Assembly (NCBI GenBank): GCA_964016885.1
Contig: OZ024742.1
Span: forward strand, 117,986,001-118,050,000
Direction of reading: 5' to 3'
Source: Eledone cirrhosa
Taxonomy: Eukaryota
Length of the DNA: 64,000 nt
Positions 36,246 to 50,500 of the stretch are shown here, piece after piece. The notes beneath the pieces were generated by a model, which was not told the DNA's origin, did not search any database, and worked only from the letters and a program-made list of their open reading frames with translations. Each line of letters begins with the position of its first letter. Position 1 is the first letter of the stretch. The translations under genes were made by a program, and so were the position numbers.

Positions 36246-36843
36246 CAAGTAAAAACCTAGTAACAATCTGTTACTAACGGCTGGTTACTACCTCGTCAAC
36301 AATATAAGTGTCGTTTTTCGGATGAAATATTTGAATACCAAGAAGAAACATATTCCAACTATTTCTTCATATTGGAATCAATTTTTGCGTGTGTCAGGAA
36401 AGAACTGCCTCCCACTAAACATACACGCGTGCACACATATACAGGGAGTTATATTGTAGCAATATTGCAAAAAGGTGTTTTCAATATTATTACATTATGG
36501 ATTTATTTCTTTGTATTTATTTTTGAAGCTAGCGATATCATCCAAACTAAAACATTAATTACAAACTGAGCCATCAATATTTCCTGTAACCCTGGTGCTA
36601 GCAATATCATACACACTTCTGCCAGAACATGAAATATCACAGATTGAGGCACCATCAATTGGCAATATCTTATACAGACTCATGTCATAGCATCGAATAT
36701 CACAGATTGAACCACCAAGGTTAACTTCGACGTGATAATGTAATGATATATATATATTTTTTCCTATTTCCCACTCTACTACTCTAAGTATTGAGTACTC
36801 TGGTGCGTTATGGTCCATCTGGTTCCTTACCACAATTCCTTAG

Positions 36844-36939
<96 letters not shown>

Positions 36940-36940
36940 G

Positions 36941-38283
36941 AAAGGAGGGGAACACCCCGATGACCGCGGATCCCTATCCCTACTGGACTTCCAACTCAGG
37001 GTAACAGAGAAAGGCAACATCCACACCTGCTTCTATAAAAAAAGCCGCCAGCAGGGACCTGTTCGTACATTTCAGATCGGCCCTCCCACTTGGTGCCAAG
37101 TTCGGATACATAAGGAACGAACTGGCACGTATCCGAAACAAATGCACCGACGCTAGAGACCGAGACACACACACCACACATTTCCTGGAAGTACTCAAAC
37201 TGAACGGATACACGACATCCACCACAAACCGTGCCAGAAAGAACAGAGGACACCACACCCGAGGCACTAACACTTGCTTCCTGAAGCTCCCACACTTCAG
37301 TGAAGAAACAACAACAGCCATCCGCAGAGCTATCAGACGAGAGGGACTAGATATCCAACTGGCCCACTCAGGTCCTTCTCTACGCGGACAGCTAACCAAA
37401 AGACACTCCACCAGACATGACAACTGCTGCAGACTAGCCAACTGCCCCATCAACGACACAGACCTATGCCACCAGGCTTACGTCGTATACAGACTAGAGT
37501 GTGACAAATGTAACAACTTCTACGTAGGTAGCACCACCAGACCACTCCACATAAGAATAAAAGAATACCTCAATACTAACGCTTCCTCATTTAAGAAACA
37601 CCTAGTTAAATGCAAAAACATCGACAAAACCATAACAGTTAGGATAGAAACTAAGGAAAGAAACCTTGGTAATCTTAGAATTAAGGAAGCACTAATTATA
37701 GATAAAACACAACCACCAATCAATAATAGACTAGAACTCAACACCCAATTTATAACCTGATAGAGCTTCTAGCCCCATATTTACACACACCACACACACA
37801 CACACACACGCACGCACACACACACACACGCTTACACCTCCACTTATTCTCTCTCACACATACACACACAAAACCAGTTCTAACACCAGATAACACCTAT
37901 CCCCCACATTTACGAATAGACTTATCTTCTCACACTCACACACACACACTCACATATTTACACCCTCATGCATTCTCCCACACACTTAAACAGGCATGTA
38001 TATAAAAAAAACAAAAAAAAATAATCAAACCCCTTTTAAAGGGAGACACTCTTTATCCACCTAATTTTAACTCTTTGACATTAGAGATAGAACAGATACT
38101 TTATACCATTTCCTGTCAGCATGACTTGGCAAGCTACTTAGAACGCTGGTTTGAGACCTTTATTTCCCTCTGAAGAAGAGATATTATCTCGAAAATTAAC
38201 GACATTTAAATATCTTTTGCATTTGCATTCTTTATTCTATGTCCACACCTGCATTGTTTTGGCTTTATTATACATATTCAAAC

Positions 38284-38286
<3 letters not shown>
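36941..38286 (+). mobile_element. 5'-truncated Penelope-like element (RT thumb + GIY-YIG endonuclease + 3' pLTR)
   Basis: LSLLDFQL..FYKK, then a +1 shift in the A-run at about 37040, then AASRDLFVHFRSALP..LKLNGY..CRLANCPINDTDLCHQAYVVYRLECDKCNNFYVGSTTRPLHIRIKEY..LRIKEALII..QPPIN*, stop at 37760. Degenerate hammerhead core CTGAAGA..GAGAT/ATCTC GAAA at about 38169-38194. (TA)n on both sides. Confidence 0.88.
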
Positions 38287-38348
<62 letters not shown>

Positions 38349-38439
38349 GTATGTATGTATGTATGTATGTATGTATGTATGTATGTATGTATGTATGTAT
38401 GATGTTGACTTGTTCTTCTTTTTGGTAAATATCATCTTG

Positions 38440-39095
38440 GTTAAGAGAGTGGGACTGGCTTTGTGCAGTGCCTTTGCTCACTATAAAAGCTTCACGGCAC
38501 AGGCATTGCTTTATATCTGGAGATCTCTCTGCACTTTTCGTCACATGGTGCCATGGGCCCAGCACTATGTGTCAATAATTGTCACAAGTGTAGTGTTTGT
38601 GCCAGAGTTTTCAAGTCGCTGGCTGGACTAAAAAGTCACGCGTTCAGCGCATCGGTAGGGGTTCTCCTACATGGATATAAAGTAGTGGCCGTACTCGAAA
38701 ACGAGTTGGCAGCCACCATGTATGTATGTATGTATGTATGTATGTATGTATGTATGTATGTATGTATGTATGTATGTATGTATATATATGTGACCCAACG
38801 TGTTACACTTATAGCTCCACAGGTGCCTGCTTCCCTGTTCTTGTGCACTCTCAGGTGACTCTTTAGACCTGCTATACTCAGACAAACCCTATTACAGGTC
38901 TCACATGTCAGATACGTGGGTCACATGGTACCAGCACTAGGTGTCAATAATTGTCACAAGTGTAGTGTTTGTACCAGAGTTTTCAAGTCGCTGGCTGGAC
39001 TAAAAAGCCACACTCGTTCAGCACATCGGTAGGGGTTCTCCTAAATGGATATAAAGTAGTGGCCGTACTCGAAAACGAGTTGGCAGCCACCACCA
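38440..39095 (+). mobile_element. Two tandem short RTE-derived 3' ends (C2H2 finger tail)
   Basis: 38540-38718 and 38920-39095 are near-duplicates encoding CSVCARVFKSLAGLKSH, followed by ..GTACTCGAAAACGAGTTGGCAGCCACCA and (TATG)n or (TA)n tails. Confidence 0.6.
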
Positions 39096-39304
39096 TATAT
39101 ATATATACGTATATATTTAATACATATGTAACGTTTATGTTCTTGCATTCTTTATAACTGCCTCTGTATGTATATGCACACGTAAGTATGTATATATGCA
39201 CGTATAAATACACGTATGTATGTAGATGTATTTATAAAAAACATTTACATATAAATACACACACACAAACACACACACATATATATATATGTATGTATAT
39301 ATAC

Positions 39305-39416
<112 letters not shown>

Positions 39417-39422
39417 ATATAC

Positions 39423-39537
<115 letters not shown>

Positions 39538-39799
39538 TATATATATGTGTGTGTGTATATATATATATGGAGGGGTGTATAATATAGTTGTGGTGGTAAC
39601 CAACTCTAGCAACAACACTCTTCCTATATTTTGCATTCTTTCTATATATTCTACTCTCTTGTCCATTCATTATTATCGGCATTAATCCACCACCACCACC
39701 GCCACCATCACCACTACCCCGAGTTGCTCTAATATAAGCGTAATATTACAACATACAACACCCGCCCGTTCAAATGTCAGACTTTCTGTTTAACTACGC

Positions 39800-40103
39800 C
39801 AGAGGCTCTTAAACCTTTTTGCCCCCCCCCCCCCCCCCCCCCGCGGCCACATAATACCTCAGCACCTCCAATCATATTTCCAGAGAGACCTGCCTCCACG
39901 AAAATTGTAAATATTATATAACAAATAAAATCGTTAATTTATATATAATAAATAATATATATATTATGTATAATATTTTTTTAAAATTTACTCTATTTAT
40001 ATATATATGTATCATTTGATATTTAATATACTATTACAACATCTATACCGTCCTTTAGGCCCTAGCGCCCCCTGGACAGTAGCGCCCACTTTGAGAACAT
40101 CTG
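39800..40103. mobile_element. hAT (Charlie-like) MITE
   Basis: Ends CAGAGGCTCTTAAAC / TTTGAGAACATCTG with 8-bp flanks AACTACGC / ACCTACGC (7/8 match). Confidence 0.65.
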
Positions 40104-40489
40104 ACCTACGCCATTATCTACGTACGGGTTTTCTCCGGTAACTCCGTTTTTCACACGTTTTAAGAAAGATTATATTTCCACGGTTGGTTTGAATCCCAAC
40201 AATCTGATTTCCAATAATTTAATAAATAATTCATACATTTTAGATAGGAAATTTCTAATAATTTCGAAAGATATTTTTTCCAGTAATTTCTAAAGATTTT
40301 TTTTTTTTGATTAGTAGTATTTTAAGAATAAAAATAAAGTTTAGTATACAATAACATTTTTAAGCGAAATATAATTATTTCCTGTTATCCTATCTAAAAT
40401 GTATGAATTATTTATGACATTTATACAATTAAATTATGAAATATAGTATTTATAATGAATAGACGAGACAAACTTGTCAATTCGTCTTA

Positions 40490-40705
40490 TAATTGTTTCT
40501 ATTCATACACAAGGCCAACATTTTATGGGGAAGTGGAAAGTCGATTAAATCGACCCCAGTGCATTACTGGTACTTTGTTTATCGACCCCGTACGGATGGT
40601 AGGGAAGTTAACCTCGTCATGATTTGAACTCAGAACATAAAGGGACGTAACTCTATGCGACGAAGCATGGTGTCCGACGCTCTACCGACACTGCTAATCC
40701 ACCGC
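40490..40705 (-). mobile_element. Dominant SINE, full length
   Basis: Reverse complement of the consensus. Confidence 0.8.
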
Positions 40706-40851
40706 ACTAATTAGCCGTTTCATTTCTAATATGACAGATAATTTTTCACTAGAAACCCAATGGTGTTTTATTAAATAGAATGTGCCTTCATTAATAACAA
40801 TTCTGGATTAAAGCTAATATTGAGTGTGGGCCACGCCGGGTATTCTGCTAA

Positions 40852-40925
<74 letters not shown>

Positions 40926-40932
<7 letters not shown>

Positions 40933-42416
40933 ATACTTGGGGAGGGTCATATTTGTGTAATAATATTGCCGGAATTAATAACAGAACACACTCACTGTTT
41001 GGTTGGTTTTCGCTTATGGTATGGTGGGAAAGGAGACTCAAAGACCTCCTTGATGAGAGCTCTATAGACCTCATCATGTACTCACGTTACGTAGACGACA
41101 TCAATATAGTAATAAGGACATCCCCACAAGAGTGTACTAACAAGTTTGATTGAGAGCGTAGCACAATGGAAAGCATCCAGCGGATAGCTAATTCCATACA
41201 CCAGAGTATAACTGTAACTATCGACTACCGTTCCAAACACCCTAACAATAGACTACCTGTATTAGACACGGAACTATGGATTAACACTATAGACGAGAGA
41301 GCCCAAATTCTCCACTCACACTATGCTAAACCTATGGCCTCCAAATACCTGATACTCAAAAACTCAGCAATGTCCAGTAGTGCTAAGTTTAATATTCTGA
41401 TCACAGACTTGGTACGAGTGATGAAGAATGTGTCCCGCATGTGCGACCCAAAAGAAATGGAAAGACACATCCAACACTTCATCAACCGCATGCAATTCTC
41501 TGGCTACAACCAAAGAGACAGAATCAGAGTATACGAAGGAGCCACGGAGAAGTATAAAACCCTCATAGAACTGGACATGAAAGGAATTTTCCCATTATAC
41601 AGGAGCAAATCATGGAATAACTTATATAGGACTAGACATAAGATAGGGAAAGCCACCTCATGGTACGACAACCAGAGATACCAGAGTGTCATGTTTGTGG
41701 ACGCTACCCCTGGAGGGAAATTAGCTAACCAGTGTAGAAAGGCCCTGAGAAAGACCCACTTAAAGATTAAGGTGGTAGAAAAGCCAGGAACCACCATAAA
41801 ATCCCTGATCAGCAAAACCTACCCTTTTAAGAAAGCCCACTGTACTAATAGGAAATGTATTATATGTAAAGTAAACCCCCGGATAAACTGTAAAACTAGA
41901 AACGTAGTCTATAGCATAAGATGTACAGAGGGTACTTGCAGAAACATGACAACAACTTACATAGGCGAGACAGCTCGTAGCATAGGTGAAAGGATAGACC
42001 AACACTGGGGGGAACTAAAAGGACGAAAAAACGGTTCAGTACTATACGAATATGCCAGACAACAACACGACGGTAACATAGACAACATAGAAATTAGAAT
42101 AATATCTAAACATAGAAATGACCCAGCAGATAGACAAATCAGATAGGCCAGCGAAACAGAGAGGCCAGCGAACAGCCAAGGCTAAACAGAAAAAAATGAA
42201 TGAATAACAACAACACCAAAACAAACAACACTGACCTAAGAGAAGTATAAATAAATAAATAAATACATACACAAGCACAATAACAACAAACACATATAAA
42301 CACACACTAGTAAACTAAGATAGAATACAATAACCAATACACAGTCACACAAACACGAACACACATCAAACAAAACACTATACACACACGCAAACGCATG
42401 CGCAGAGAAGACAAAA

Positions 42417-42455
<39 letters not shown>

Positions 42456-42795
42456 ACAGACTAAATAAAGATGGCGTAGGCATACAATACAACGGGAGGA
42501 AACATAATAGCACCACTGACGATGTTGCAGATGTGCAACGAAAGAACTTTGTTAGACTATATATATGTGTTTGTGTCTATATTGTATCTGTATTTTTGAC
42601 CGTTGGTCAGTCAATGGTAATATTGAGGACCGAATAAATTAAATTAACCGATATAAAAGACACAGAAGCGAAAACCAACCAATATCAATTCTGGCAATAT
42701 TATTACACAAATATGACCCTCCCCAAGTATAACAATATTTGTTTCCTAACACGATTTCATATCAAAAACCTCGCAAAACTAATTCATCGCCGTTA
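40926..42795 (+). mobile_element. Penelope-like element (Naiad-like RT + GIY-YIG), 5'-truncated, with inverted pLTR piece at the 5' end
   Basis: RYVDDI catalytic motif, STMESIQRIANSIHQSITVTIDY..RLPVLD, HYAKPMAS, MQFSGY, CTNRKCIIC..CKTRNVVYSIRC..YIGETARSIGERIDQH. In-frame stops at 41151 (TGA) and 42144 (TAG). 40926-41015 is an inverted copy of 42666-42738. (TA)n flanks. Confidence 0.9.
42511..42555 (+). ncRNA. Degenerate hammerhead ribozyme in PLE 3' region
   Basis: CTGACGA-T-GTTGCA-gatg-TGCAAC-GAAA core is intact. Stems I and III are imperfect. Confidence 0.45.
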
Positions 42796-43030
42796 TATAT
42801 ATATATATATATATAGGGATTGTAACGTCCAGTTACTGTAGGAGCACGTGATGCGTAGTTTCCAATAAGTAGAGAGATTCTGTCATTACCACAACAGAAG
42901 TCCAACGAGCTTTTTATTCCAGAGTCGGGCTAGATTGATACAGATCGAACCTTGAGCTGATCATTAGCGAAACGCGCGACACTACTTAATAAACGTAATG
43001 AAGACAAAAAATCGTCCTTTTTATTATTAT

Positions 43031-43075
<45 letters not shown>

Positions 43076-45972
43076 ACGTGTGTGTGTGTGGGAGGGGTAT
43101 CTACGTACAAACACAGGCGCACCCTCACAGACGCACACGCATACACACAAACAAATAAGCTACCGGTGCTCAACAGGTATTTTCCATGTACTTATTTAAT
43201 GTAAATATTTCGAGTTGTTTAACTCTATTCCATTGTTATCATATAGACCGATATAGCAGCTATAAATATCCTGACTTTTTAACTATTTATTGATCTCTTT
43301 GTCGTATTATGCTTCAGTTAGTATGTGTTCCATTCGGTGTGTATATATCTAAATCCTATGCTAAACATTCTTGCGTTGCTTTCTTTTAATCCCACAATTG
43401 TGTTGGATAAAGTTATTTTTACTTTATCAAATATACTAACATTCTCAAAATTTTAATTTCGTCCACTTTGCTCAAAATGATTGCCATTCAAAAGCTGTGT
43501 TGTGCTTGGTCCCTTTATGTTCTCAATTCAAATCCCACCAAGGTTAGTTTTGCCTTTCATAAAATAAAGCACCAGTAATGCACTGTGGTAATTGCTGGCC
43601 TTGCGCCCAAAGTAGAAATATTTTAGAAGCTTGGCTGATGAAACAAGTCGCAAGTTCAGTTTATATCTCAGTACGAAATAGGTATTTTCACGTGTCTCGC
43701 TGATCTAAATATCCTAAGATAATGCTAATTATTTATTGACCCAAGTGACAAATTGGCAGAGTCGTTAGGGGCGTCGGATAAAAAAATGCCTTGGTATTTA
43801 TTTCAACTCGCAGCACTCTGAGTTCAAATCTCACCAAGATAAACTCTCTTTCATTCTCTTTTCATCCTTTCGAGATCAATAAATAGAGTACCAATCCAAT
43901 ACTGGAATTGATTCTCCCACCCCCTCTCTCTGTGGAAGGAATCTACACACACACACATATATATATAAATATCCATATCAATGTCTATATTTAAATTTAT
44001 ACGTACATATGTATTTATATCCAGAATTATATTTATGTCTGCGTGTGTGTTTGTTTTTTTCTATGTAGTAAGCTGAACCCATGATACTGAAAATGTGATT
44101 GATATTTTAAATTTTCCTTCGAATAAGCAGCCGGAAGAAGGGCGGTTGTTTTCTATAAATGTGTATTTCACTGAACATTGAATATTTTTTTCAGAATGTA
44201 AATGTTCTCCTTTTAGAGTCTAACTTAAAGAGAATACAAACACGCGTATTTAGCTAGATATTTCTCGCTGAAAGCCATTAACTATGATGAATGAAGGCAA
44301 CTATTGTGGTGTAAGTTCCACCAATCGCCAGGGTCAATACCAGCACTAACATTAATGCAAATTGCAATCTTTATTGCAACAACACTCGAACGAGTTTATT
44401 ACACTTTTTCGTGGAATCGTTTATTACTAGGAGTGGTACGAATTTGAGTTAAATATTAGCAATGTCATCAATTTCACAGGGAAATATATTTATGATGTGA
44501 GAAAGTAGAAATTGTTATTGATAATTCTGTTTCTGTTTAATCCTAGATGAAGCCCGATTTAGTAGACTTATCACAAAAAGTATTACGGTGATGACCATTC
44601 TGTCTTTGTAGCAGATTACACTCTGCATCTTTTCCTTACGAAGTAGAGTGTCATTTAAGGGAATATGGTTGCTTATTTTCACATATCCAGCGACGCCTAG
44701 AAATTCCCTCGTATGAACTCTTTCTGACGAGAGCTTCTTTTCGTGTACATTTTCTTAGCTTCAATACGTAAGGTTAGACCCAGAAGGAAAAGATATTGTA
44801 ACAAGCAGGAAATAGAAAAATATATTGCGGAACACCAGCAAATAGTGGAACACCAACATTTCAATGTATTTAAAAAGAACTCAACATCAGTTCGTATTTA
44901 ATAATTATTGGGTCGTTTATCCATAAATTCAACCAAGTTTTAAAAAGGTTACCTTTTATCTCACAGGAAATATAATTATAGATAATATATATCGAATTGA
45001 ATTACACGATCATATGAAAATATTTGTCACTATCCATTGTTTCAGATGAACTTACACTAAAATGCAATTACTAAGTTGCCTTTGAGTAAGAAATATGACC
45101 AATGTTTTGGTATATTTTAGAGCTGCAGAAATAAAAGTGACCCTCGTACCTTTTTCAAAAGTGTTGTTAGTGGAGTGGCTGCAATCCAAAATTGCTCTCG
45201 TGTATTTACGAAATTGAACCTAGTACGAAAAAATGTCATTCTTTATAGAAAAATAAATCAGTATTTTAAGAGAACATAATATTGGATGGTGTGAAGATAA
45301 TGCTTTTCAGCAATAACATTATTTGTGTAAGTGATTTGTGTGATATACATCTGCATATCAGTCCAGACCCGAATCTCTTATGACTGTCTACCACTTTAAG
45401 AAGTGTTTAAACTCGTTCAAGCTGAATTAGCTTTTTCAAATTGGATCAGATTTTCCTTATACGAACGAAATCATCAGTATGTTTGTATTTGATAAATGTT
45501 TTTTGTTGTATATGAAGAAATATATAGATAAATATGCATGATATCGATATCTGAAACAGTGGAAATGGAAAATTATAACATTGTAGAGTCTATTATTCCA
45601 GGCAAGAAAACTAATTAACTGAAAATATTCGACAATATCGAATTCAGACGTTATTTACTCTAATATGATTTAGGTAACACTATCTAGTAATGAAAATATC
45701 CCATGTATTCCTGTGCCTAGGGACTTTTTCATCATAAAATCGATGTTAGCATAATATTCTCTTGGGAAGACAGAGCTTCATAGATATACGATTAAATGGA
45801 TTCTTGACTAATGTAACCAAGAATATTATTTATTGTAGTCGAGTTATTACGAACTTCGGGTGATTTAATTATGATTGGTAAGAAATGCGTTCGGTCGCCA
45901 GAAGTATTTTCAAATGTATAAGCACTGTGTATATCAATGTTTTGCCACCTATCTTTATAGCTCCTCCGTTTG

Positions 45973-46004
<32 letters not shown>

Positions 46005-46329
46005 TGTATGTATGTATGTATGTATGTGTGTATGTGTGTATATGCATGCCGGTTCTTTGTGTGCGTGTCTGTGTGTATGTGCGTCAGGTAAAATATATAA
46101 ACAGTAACATTTCGTTTATTTTCATTTCATTTCTATCCAAGTGTATTCTAGTAACAAAGTTTAGGGAGCGTTATGCAATGGGTCTTGAAGTGTGTAGTTG
46201 TTTTTATTACTGCAAGCAATAAGTAACCCTTTTATTTCGTGGTGCCATGAACGCTATAAACATTCATCCATAGTAATGTAGCAAATACACTGATAACGTG
46301 TGGTTGCTTGTTTACGTGTGACGGCCATC

Positions 46330-46335
46330 GTGATG

Positions 46336-46367
<32 letters not shown>

Positions 46368-46440
46368 GGTGGTGATGATGATGGTGGTGATGATGATGAT
46401 GGTGGTGATGATGATGATGATGATGGTGGTGGTGATGATG

Positions 46441-46472
<32 letters not shown>

Positions 46473-46475
46473 GGC

Positions 46476-46518
<43 letters not shown>

Positions 46519-46640
46519 GTGACGATGATGACGACGATGATGATGATGATGATGATGGTGATGGTGATGGTGATGATGATGATGGTGATGATGGTGACGA
46601 TGATGACGATGATGACGATGATGATGATGATGATGATGAT
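46330..46640. repeat. (GAT/GGT/GAC)n microsatellite
   Basis: Read directly. The poly-Asp, poly-Met and poly-His ORFs are artefacts. Confidence 0.95.
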
Positions 46641-47379
46641 TTGATCTAAACGGAAGTTGTGTGCGCATTGTTACATAATCAGTGTGCCTATATATAGTTG
46701 AAGAATAAAAGTCGACTACGGTGGAATTAGTATTTAGGGCGACAGTATACGACTCAATAAATATATCTAGGTTCAATTACACTAAATCCGAGACGTTTAC
46801 AGCAATAAAATTGATTTAAATATAAACCTTGAGGTTAGTAAGAATCAATAGCTTGTCAAGGTCGATATTCAGAAATGTCAGCGAAGCCTTTATGCAACGG
46901 TCCAAAATAATGTCTGATACTGTTCTTTGTTTCTACAGAGGATGCAGATACAAGGCAAGTCTATTTCTGTATAAAGCGCTACTTTATTGTAGATTCATAT
47001 TTAATAGCATTAGGAAAAGTAAAGGTGAATAGATTTAGATATCATAACTAAGGACAAGAATCATATCTCATAGTTCATGTATTTGAAAATGTTTCCTTAG
47101 CTGTAATCGATCAATGAATGGGTCACCACTGGAGGTCGGCATGGCGAATCAATTTCTTTTGGCGAATCAATTTCTTTCCAGACATTATATCAGTTGAAAA
47201 TTCGTATTTGTACAGAAGCAGTACAAGATTTAACTAAAGCTGCAAGAAATATCTATGTAAATACACACACACGCACATACACACACAAGCGCGCGCACAC
47301 ACACACATACACATACACACACTTCTATACAGATACAGATTTTCAGTATACTTCAGCTGCTTAGTGCACAATATATATA

Positions 47380-47570
47380 ATTGTTTCTATTTTTCGCACA
47401 AGGCCAGCAATTATCCCAGTGCATTACTGGTACTTTATTTTATCGACCCCATAAGGATGGAAGTCAAAGTTAACCTCGGCGGGCTTTGAACTTAGATCGT
47501 CAAGGGCAGTAACTCTATGTTGCAAAGCATGGCGCCCGACCCTCTACCAATACTGCCAATTCACCGCCAT
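47380..47570 (-). mobile_element. Dominant SINE, full length
   Basis: Reverse complement of the consensus. Other copies at 43500-43622(+), 43750-43920(+), 49080-49240(-) and 53697-53878(-). Confidence 0.8.
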
Positions 47571-50500
47571 TCACCAGTGCACAATATATATAATATGAGT
47601 TATTGTTTTTGTTGTTGTTGAAGATACAAATTCTTACAAACGATATCAGTTGTCATAGAATATAGAAGTCATTCAACTAAAATGAAGTGGGTATGCCAAT
47701 ATACTATTGTGCTCACACACAGCTCATGACCACATATCTAATACGCTGACTACAGCGTTTTAAACATAAATATGTACATATTTAAAACTAGATTTTCAAA
47801 TCCTCTGTAATTAAAAAGAAGGCAGCATCTCCTATGAACAGTTAGAACATAATCATTTGGTGTGTTATCTAAATGTATTTAAGAGTATTCAGCAGAATTC
47901 GTAATATAATCGGCTTGTCTCCCCACAGCCCCGACGGACAGAATGGAGAAGGCGTTTCCCCGGAGGACGGCAAGGGAGACGCGCTAACAAAGCCACTCCA
48001 ACTCGCAGGAGCTCACACCTGCAGCTGGCCAGCTTAGCGCCTATGGTGGTGAGTAGGGAGGTAGCCCTAGGGCCGAGGACACGAAGAAGTCTCCACTGCC
48101 AAGGGTACAACCGCAAACCTGTCGGAGAGGGGACCGGTATTTGAAGAGTTTGGCCTCCTCAGCCCGACGTGCAGCAGAACCTGGGTTTGGTATTTGTAAA
48201 CATCTGAAAATATATTTATATTATCATTTATTTTCATATTTATATTCAGCCAAATTTACTAATCGTTAATAGGCGTTCTGTTCGTACATAATTGTTTGTT
48301 TCTTCTTCCATTTTAATGCTGCCAACGTTTTCCCTTTCCTGTCTTAGGATTTCTGTATTTTACTATTGACACAACTTCTGGCAGTAATGATAAAGGCAAA
48401 TTTTACTCTTGTTTGGTTTAATGTTACGTTTCAGAATCGGCTGAGCACTAGTAATATATCGGGGAGGTGCTTTTTAAGACTAATTGTGACCACTTCTAGC
48501 CGGATGTGACCCTTGACATTATAACTTTAACCACCTACGCCCAATTGAGACACCATGTGTTTAGTTTCATTACATATGACTAACTATATGGAGATTTTAT
48601 TAATATATATTAGAAAGTAAAACAAAAGAAAGAAATCTCGAGCATGAGTTTTAGAATAAAGAAGTGAGTTGGAGAGGGTGAGAGAAAGGAATAGAGAGTA
48701 GGTAGTAGAGAGGGGGAGAGAATGAGAGAGAAAGGAATAGTGAGGGAGTAGTACAGAGAGTGTGAGAGGGAGAGGGAGAAAGAGAGATTTGGAGGAATCA
48801 AGTGAGAAGAAACTGAAAAACAATGTAGGAAATGACTAGATAGAATAAATGTTTCTACCATTTACGTAGGATAAGAAATATGATATTTACTTGAACTTAT
48901 GCATGGATGGTCCAGTAACTCCCGAGGGAGTCCTAAAGGCGCGGTATTGTTATACAACGTCTCTAGGGCATTTTCTAAGCATGGTGGAGCCCATCTCCTT
49001 TCCAAGTCTGACAATTAGCAGATTTCTTCGAGAGAAGGATAGAGAGGGAGAAAAAGGAAGAGGGAAAAGGGTATAGATGAATAATTGACCCCAGTACTAG
49101 ACTGGTACTTTCTCGACCTCGAAATGATGAAAGGCAGAGTTGACCTTGGCAAGAATTCAACTCAGACAGTAGAGAGCTGAAACGAATACCACAAAGCATT
49201 CTATCCGATGTTCTAACAACTCTGCTAATTCGCCACCCAACTTGAACTGGTATTAAAAGAAAAGTGTTCCGGTAGATGGAAACAGAACATAAGATATAAT
49301 TTTGTAACAGTATTTGCCAATTACTTTATGAAAATATTGGTGTTGGGAAATTTATTCGTGTTAAATGAGTAGGAATTATTATTTCCCAAATTAAAAGAAA
49401 TTACTAAGTAATTTTATAGAAAGAATATGGTATGGTACATACGAGTGAATCGTTGTTGGGTACTAGAAGTTCTGTATATTTTGCTTATAGTTTTTACGGA
49501 CGACAGTTAAAGCTTAAAATCGCAGATATTCTGAATAAAAGAAGGGTGTTCTATAAATAGTTATCCAGTTTGAATTAGCTGGATTTCTTGGACTTGATAA
49601 CGTCCCTTGGTAATTGATTCCAGTTTGAATTCAATTTGTTGTCTGATTATCTCGTAACATCACTTCACGTCTTGAATTTTATCAGTTAATGTCCTCTGAA
49701 TTTCAAGATATTCCCTTTTGGAGATATTCATTTACCTGACATTACCTGATAGACAAGACATACATTTCCCTTTTCCCTTTCAAATAACTTTCAATTTCCC
49801 ATTGAAGATATAACAATCGTGTCAGCACAAAAGAGACAATAGCTGTTCTTATCAAGGAAACAATTTTATACTTCTTCCATAATCTTGGACATTACATAAT
49901 TAAAACCCAGAAAGTTGCTTAAATGTTAGTCCTCATGATGAAGATAATCTGTTTTAATGTTCATGCATATGCAATATAGCACCAGAATTTTCTTTAGTTC
50001 TTATCGGCTGTTGATGTTCTAGAAAGACCAAAAATAAAGACCTGCTTCCAATCTAGGATAGTGTTGTTACTAAACTCTCGCAGAGAGAGGGGGAGACAGG
50101 CAGACAGACACACACACACACACAAATTCATATACACAACGTAGACTACATATAAATGAATGCCATTTCTCACATTACAACTTCTACCTCCCATACACGA
50201 TATCTATTCTCTTTACCAATTCTGCAATTACAATAGCCTCTGCCTCTCGGAACAGGCTGAGTTAATATCATATCCACCCAATTCCGGCCAATTTCTTCTC
50301 ACATCATCACTAATACCCTGTTTCACTCCACACAGACCTTGTTCTAAACCCCATTTTCCATTTTCCTGTTTAGAATGTCGACCCATGTAATCCTCCTCAC
50401 GCCATGTTATTCCTGCAGCTCTCGGTTTACTTGTTTACAAACGCAAAATTAGCCATATGAATTTCATCTGTATCGAAGAGCTTGTGAAAGACATTACTAC

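Noticed and set aside
40820-40852. Helitron-like 3' end (GC hairpin then CTAA)
   Set aside because: CTAG is imperfect and no matching 5' TC terminus could be assigned.
42930-42995. GAAACGCGCGAC plus AATAAA, resembling a minimal hammerhead 3' half
   Set aside because: Cleavage triplet is mutated and there is no CTGANGA in the right position.
44278-44368. Minus-strand hydrophobic peptide LMLVLVLTLAIGGTYTTIVAF resembling a transporter C-terminus
   Set aside because: In-frame stop immediately upstream and no credible acceptor.
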